From positions 2,048,001 to 2,112,000 of the forward strand of contig CM075997.1 in the NCBI GenBank assembly GCA_038087875.1: a stretch of DNA of 64,000 bases, written 5' to 3'. A model generated the notes under the pieces. That model made no database searches, was not told the DNA's origin, and saw nothing but the letters and a program-made list of their open reading frames with translations. The stretch comes from Malacoraja senta. Taxonomy: Eukaryota. Positions 58,346-64,000 of the stretch are shown in pieces. The position numbers were made by a program, and so were the translations under genes. Each line of letters opens with the position of its first letter. The stretch's first letter is position 1.

Positions 58346-58954
58346 AGTGGGATGGGGAGGTGGTGGTTGGGGGGGAGGGGGGAGAGTGTGGTACTGAGGA
58401 GGGGGGAATGGGGTGGGGGGGAGAGTGTGGTGAAGGAGAATGGGTGAGGAGTTGGGGGGAAGAGTGGGGTGGTGGTGCTGAGGAGGGGAGGGAGGGGGGG
58501 AGCGGGGATGGGGGAGGTGGTGGAGAGTGGGAGGGAGGTGGAGTGGGGTGAGGAGTTGGGGGGAGAGTAGGGTGGTGGTGGTGCGGGGGGGATGGGGTGG
58601 TGCGGTAGGGGGCAAGGTGGGGGGCGTGAGGATGGGGAGGTGGTGGAGTGGTGAAGGAGAGTGGGTTGGAGTGTGGTGAGGAGTTGGGGGAGGGTGGGGT
58701 GGTGGTGGTGCTGAGTAAGGGGGATGGGGAGGTGGTGGAGTGGTGAAGGAGAGTGGGGGGGAGAGTGTTGTGGTGGTGTGGAGGGGATGGAGTGGTGCTG
58801 AGGAGGCGAGGGTGGGGGGAGTGGGATGCGGAGGTGGTGAAGGAGAGTGGGGTGGGAGTGGGGTGAGGAGTTGGGAGGGTGGGGACGTGTGGGTGGGGGG
58901 CAAACGGGGCGGTGCAGTTGAAGTGGGGAGGGAAGAGTGGCGATGTGGGGGGAG

Positions 58955-59570
58955 AAACATAGAAAGTAGGTGCAGGAGTAGGCCATTCGGCCCTTTGAGC
59001 AAGCACTGCCATTCAATATGATCATGGCTGATCATCCAAAATCAGTACCCCATTCCTACTTTTTCCCCATATCCCTTGATTCTGTTAGCCCTAAGAGCGA
59101 TATCTAACTCTCTCTTGAAAACATCCAGTGAATTGGCCTCCACTGCCTTCCGTGGGAGAAAATTCCACAGATTCACAACTCTGGGTAAATGTCTTATTGC
59201 ATCTCAGTCCTTAATGATCTACCCCTTATTCATAAAATTGTAACTCCTAATTGTGGTCTTCCCCAACATCGGGAACATTTTTCCTACATCTCGCCTGTCC
59301 AATCCCTGAAGAATTTTATATGTTTCTATAAGATGCCCTCTCATCCTTCTAAATTCCAGTGAATATAAGCCCAGCCGATCCATTCTTTCATCATATGTCT
59401 GTCCCGCCATCCCGGGAATTAACCTGGTGAACCTACGCTGCACTCCATCAATAGCAAGAATGTCCTTCCTCAAATTAGGAGACCAAAACTGCACACAATA
59501 CTCCAGGTGTGGTCTCACCAGGGCCTGTACAATTACAGTAGGACCTCATTGCTCCTATACTCATCCTCAT
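58955..59570 (-). mobile_element. CR1-type LINE 3' fragment
   Basis: ORF 59219-59518 RPHLEYCVQFWSP, plus the 3' tail. Confidence 0.9.
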
Positions 59571-62500
59571 TTGCTTTCTTCTGGTGGGGTGGAGGTGGGG
59601 AGGTGGGGTGGGGATGTGGGGGGAACAGTGAGATGGGGAGGGGGAGCGGGAGCGGAAGAGTGGGGAGAAGTAGAGGTGGGGGGAAATGGAGTGGGGAGCT
59701 AGCCAAATTGAGTGGTGCTGAGGGGTGGATGGGGGGGGCAAATGGAATGGTGCTGAGGAGGTGGGGGTGCGTGGGCGGAGCTTGGGGCAAATTGGCGGGA
59801 TTTGGGGCCTGGGTGGGGCCGATGAGGTTGGGAGGCAAGTGGGAGCGGCTGGGAGGTCAGTGGTTGGGGAAGGGTAGGGGGCATGTGGGCAGGACTGGGA
59901 GGTCAAGAGGGTTTGTGGGTGGTACTGAGAGCTCAGTCAGGTAGGTGGGTGGCGATGAGATGGGGAGGCAAGTGGGAGTTCAGTGGGTTGGGCTGGGGAG
60001 AGGCTTGGGGGAGTCAGTGGGCAAGTGGATCTGGGGAGATGGGAAATGGGTGGAGTGGATGAAGTCACAGGAGCAAATAGGAGGGGTTAGGAAGATTGGG
60101 ACAGTTTGGACTCGTTGGGGGTGTAACTTGGCATGGGATTTGGGGGATGTGGATGAGGGATTGGGGTTGACAGGAAGAGTGACTGAAGGAGGAGGATGAG
60201 GGTCATTTGGAATTCTGAAGGGGGGTGTTTGAGAGATTAGGCCTTGTTATCTAGTCCACATCACGATTAGAAATTGTTCAGCCAGAGCTGAACACACCTA
60301 TCGTCATTTGCATACAATGGCTTCTTGTGCGTAGTGGTAGAAAGATCGGTGGAAACAGGACCGCGACGTAAACGCTTTTTCCTTGACCCTGATGGATGAG
60401 GTTGTCTAGGGGTTAGTAGAGGGAGTGGGGGTTGAAGGAGAGGTTTCGAGCTCTATGAGATTGCGCAGAAACTGGATACGACAAGAGGCAGTGGGCTTAA
60501 TGGCAATGGAGTATGTGTATGGCAGCTTGGGTGGAGGCAGTTGGCAAGGGGATTCTAGGGGTTTCTGTGGAGGATTGGTGGGCAAGAGCCTGGTTTAGTT
60601 TCCGTGAGTGGTAACAACTCCTCCCCCTCCCAGGATATTTATGGTGGAGTGACAGTAATGCTATTGATGATAAGAACTAGTGTTAGATTATTGGCATAAT
60701 TATTAGTTTCCACTTGTCTTTTCATGCCTGAATGTTGTATAATTGTTGCATTCAGCTTTGGACTGTTTGCTGAGAAATGAAACATGGTGCAGTCATCAAA
60801 AAATATCCCCACTTTATGATGGTGCAAATGTCATTGATAATGTAACTGATATTGGTAAGGTCCAACACACTGCACAGTCTGGAATTGTTGATATATTGTC
60901 ACGACAATCACCTTCTATGCAATATGACTCAATCATAGCAGTGTTCACCACTTGATGCCTGTTGTTTTCTGTTTTACTGAGGTTCTGTGATATCATGTTC
61001 CATCAAATGCTGTCTTGATGTCTATGCCAGTTGCTCTCAGCTGTCATCAGGGATTTAGCTGTTTTGTCCATGTTTGGACCAAGACACTGGTGTCTGCAGC
61101 TGAGAGGTAATGGTGGAAACGTGGCTTGTACTTAATTGGAATCTGGGGGTGGAGAACTGAACTGATATACCAGGAGGTTGAGGTGGACAATCAAGGAAGA
61201 CTGGTATGTCTGTAATTACTTCCCACACAAAACAATTTACTAGAGGAACTTAAGACAGTCAGCATCAGTGGAAGGAAATGGGTTGCTGATTTTTTTTAGG
61301 TCAAGACCCATCCTCTGGACTGAAAGAGTGGAGAGGATGTAACCAGTATGGTGGGGTGGGGCAATAGCTGACACAATAGGTGGATCCAGGTGAGGAGGAA
61401 TGGATTGGTGGATGGAATGGGGTGGAGCAGAGATGGGAAGGAATAACAAGAGGCTGGGACCCACGCGGTGAGACCATGCACACTAAGTGACTGCTTTGCT
61501 GAGCATCTGTGCTCTGTCCGCAAGGGCACCTGAAGCTCCTTAATGCCTGCCATTTCAATTCCCCTCTTTACTCCACACTGACCCGACTGCCCTCTGCCTT
61601 TTTCATTGCCATTCTTTACGACAACACCCTGTTCCCACTCACCCAGTTTCTTCCTCACCCGTGCCATCTACCCATCACCCACACACTCTTGTCATCTGGC
61701 CTCCTTTTCCTCCTTCATTCCCACCCAGTCATATCTTCCCTTATTCAGTCCCACGCTCCATGTTCCTTTCCCGATTCCACCATCTGCAGCTTCTGGTAAC
61801 TCCACTAATCACATCTCTGATAACCTGAAGTCCCACAAAAGTCAGATTGGGCAAATATATATTTTCTATGATGAACAGTTAATGTGTTAATAATTTTCTA
61901 GAATTCTGTACATTATGGAATAATAGAATGTTGCAGCAGATGGGAGATTGGTGAGCATTACCCTGCTACATTTAAAAACAATTTAAAAATAAATAAATTA
62001 CAGATTGTATATATGTGGGGCAAATTCTAGAGGCTATTATGAATGATGAGGTAACAGAACACGTAGAAAATATTAACCAGATTAGATAATGTCACTGTGG
62101 ATTTCGGAAGTGACATGATGTATATCAAATGTACCAGAGTTCTTTGAGAATGTAGCCAATGGCTGAGGTGCCTTGGATGACAATATGCATAGGAAAATGT
62201 GTAATGGATAATAATTATACATTATTTATTACATTACTTAATAGCCAACATTAATTATTAATACTATTGTATATTAATATTGATTAATACATTTTTTTAA
62301 AATATGGAAAGAAAAAAATGATCCCATGCATTTCCCGAATTAAGGATCGCAACTCCTATTTTTTGTTTTTCTTGGTCCTTTCGTATAACCAAATATAATT
62401 GAATTATGAATACTGTCACAAATGTTATTGCATAACATTATTCTACTTGCCCAATTTCAACCCCTCATGCCAAATTCCCATGACTCTTAAAGCTGCCCTC

Positions 62501-64000
62501 CTACAATGCTGCCACAGCCATACATTAATCTGCATTGGGGCTGTAAAATGCTCCATTTATCTGCTCTATTACTCCTGACTCGCTGCTGTGTGGTGCTGGG
62601 AGTAAAACCTGGATATTATCACCTTTGAGCATTTGCTTGATCACTTTCCTACAATACCTCATTTGTATTTCTTCCTATGTTGTTGATTATACAACAGGCC
62701 AAAAACAAATAGCTGTTCACTCTCAAAATACAGAAAGTTCTGTGGCTGCTCAATACAGCTTTGACTTTTGCACCCAGAAGGCAAAATGTCATCATGGAAT
62801 TGTGTGTGGCCACATAATGCCTGTTTACTTCTCCAACTATTGCTGTATTGACCTTTCTTCCTTGTACAGCTGATGTTTTGGCTGTGACTTCACTTTTAAG
62901 GCACTTCTAAGGCTCTTCTATCGCAAATCAGAATTGTTTAGTGCATAAAATGCCTTCCGGCCTCTCTCTGATCCTTTTATATTTGGTCTGCCCGGGTGAT
63001 CACGGTGGCTCAGCGGTAGAGTTGCTGCCTTACAGCGAATGCTGAGATATAAAGAGAAAGAGAATTGCTTTTGCAGAAGAAGCATTGGAATGGGAGAGAC
63101 TTTTCATCATAAACTGAATGTTGTTCTATGATATATTTATAAATCTTACTGTGAATTTGATTTGATTCTATGCTTTGAACAGCATAGTAAAATTTGGCAT
63201 GTCATGGTGGAAGACATGAGATCTTCCAGTGAAGGGTTGCATGAGTAATTGATTTTGAGCACATAAAGAAAAGGAAGGTGGTAGTTTATCTTCATATTCT
63301 GGTTCAATGGTGTCTAAGGGGTATAAATGAGTAAACATAATCAAGGGAAAAGGTCTCGGCTTAATCTCATCTCCTTATAGAAAAGGCTCCTTTTAAAATT
63401 CACCAGATCTGCAGTTTTTGCTTGGAGGCGTCACTAACTTTGTTAAGCTTCGAGAGTGTGGCCTAAAACCACAAGAATCTGATCCAAAGCCAATAAATCC
63501 TAAACTGTGGCAGGAGTACTTCGCATTTGTTTCCACTCCAGCAGCATTTGACTCCAAATGTCTTGTATGGTTTACCTCTCAACTAATGAAATTTAAACAT
63601 GTTTTAAATTACATTTGTGGAAGTTGATAACTGTGATTGGTGACTGGTATAAATAACCCACTAATGCCATATATATATATTTTTCAAATGATTAAAAAAT
63701 AACACCAAATGCCATCAGGGTGTTTATATTGCACTCTAGTATTTTGTGTAGGCACTTTTTTAAAAAAGCAGGTTTTCCGTTTAATATTTTGCAGCAGTTT
63801 AATGAAAATTGCTTAATATTTGAGTTGCTCGTCTTTTGATACGTTATAATATACTTAATTGTATACAATTGAAAGCTTTATTTGTCCCCTCTTTATATGT
63901 GAACTGTATGTGCACTAAATAGTTAAGGTGCATTTAATGGGCAATTTAAAGAATATTTTTGTGGACCTTTTCAAGGAGCTAAAAATGCCTATTGTTAAAC

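Noticed and set aside
58009..59035. Long Pro/His-rich ORFs on the - strand (and Leu/Ser/Pro ORFs at 11637-12498)
   Set aside because: They come from low-complexity G-rich or CT repeats that lack stop codons.
62995..63045. tRNA-like sequence GGTGGCTCAGCGGTAGAG
   Set aside because: It is the truncated tRNA-derived head of an HE1-type SINE, with no complete cloverleaf.
62860..63630. Possible exon 2 of the MAPKBP1-like gene
   Set aside because: The expected VTLEKVLGIT-like peptide was not found, so it probably lies beyond the window.

Overview
Eukaryotic (vertebrate) genomic DNA. The repeat families (HE1-type SINEs, CR1 LINEs, Penelope-like elements) suggest a cartilaginous fish such as a skate or ray. 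Bases 322-39324 (+) hold the last 21 coding exons I can trace of a divergent MGA-like (MAX gene-associated) gene. Its 5' part lies upstream of the window, so a T-box could not be checked. The main result is that this gene encodes THREE tandem bHLH-leucine-zipper domains, where canonical MGA has one. They arise from triplication of a multi-exon module, and all three basic regions are altered. Two apparent lesions (TGA at 573-575 and a frameshift near 7870) are either assembly errors or recent damage. Downstream are an ESF1 pseudogene fragment, a Penelope-like retroelement with a hammerhead-like motif, and the CCAAT/CHR-type CpG promoter plus first coding exon of a MAPKBP1/WDR62-family gene (+), matching the MGA-MAPKBP1 gene order. 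Introns contain a near-intact DD35D pogo transposon, a probable Helitron, MITEs, SINEs and LINE fragments. Exon boundaries were read by hand from splice sites and reading phase, and homologies are from recall, not database searches.
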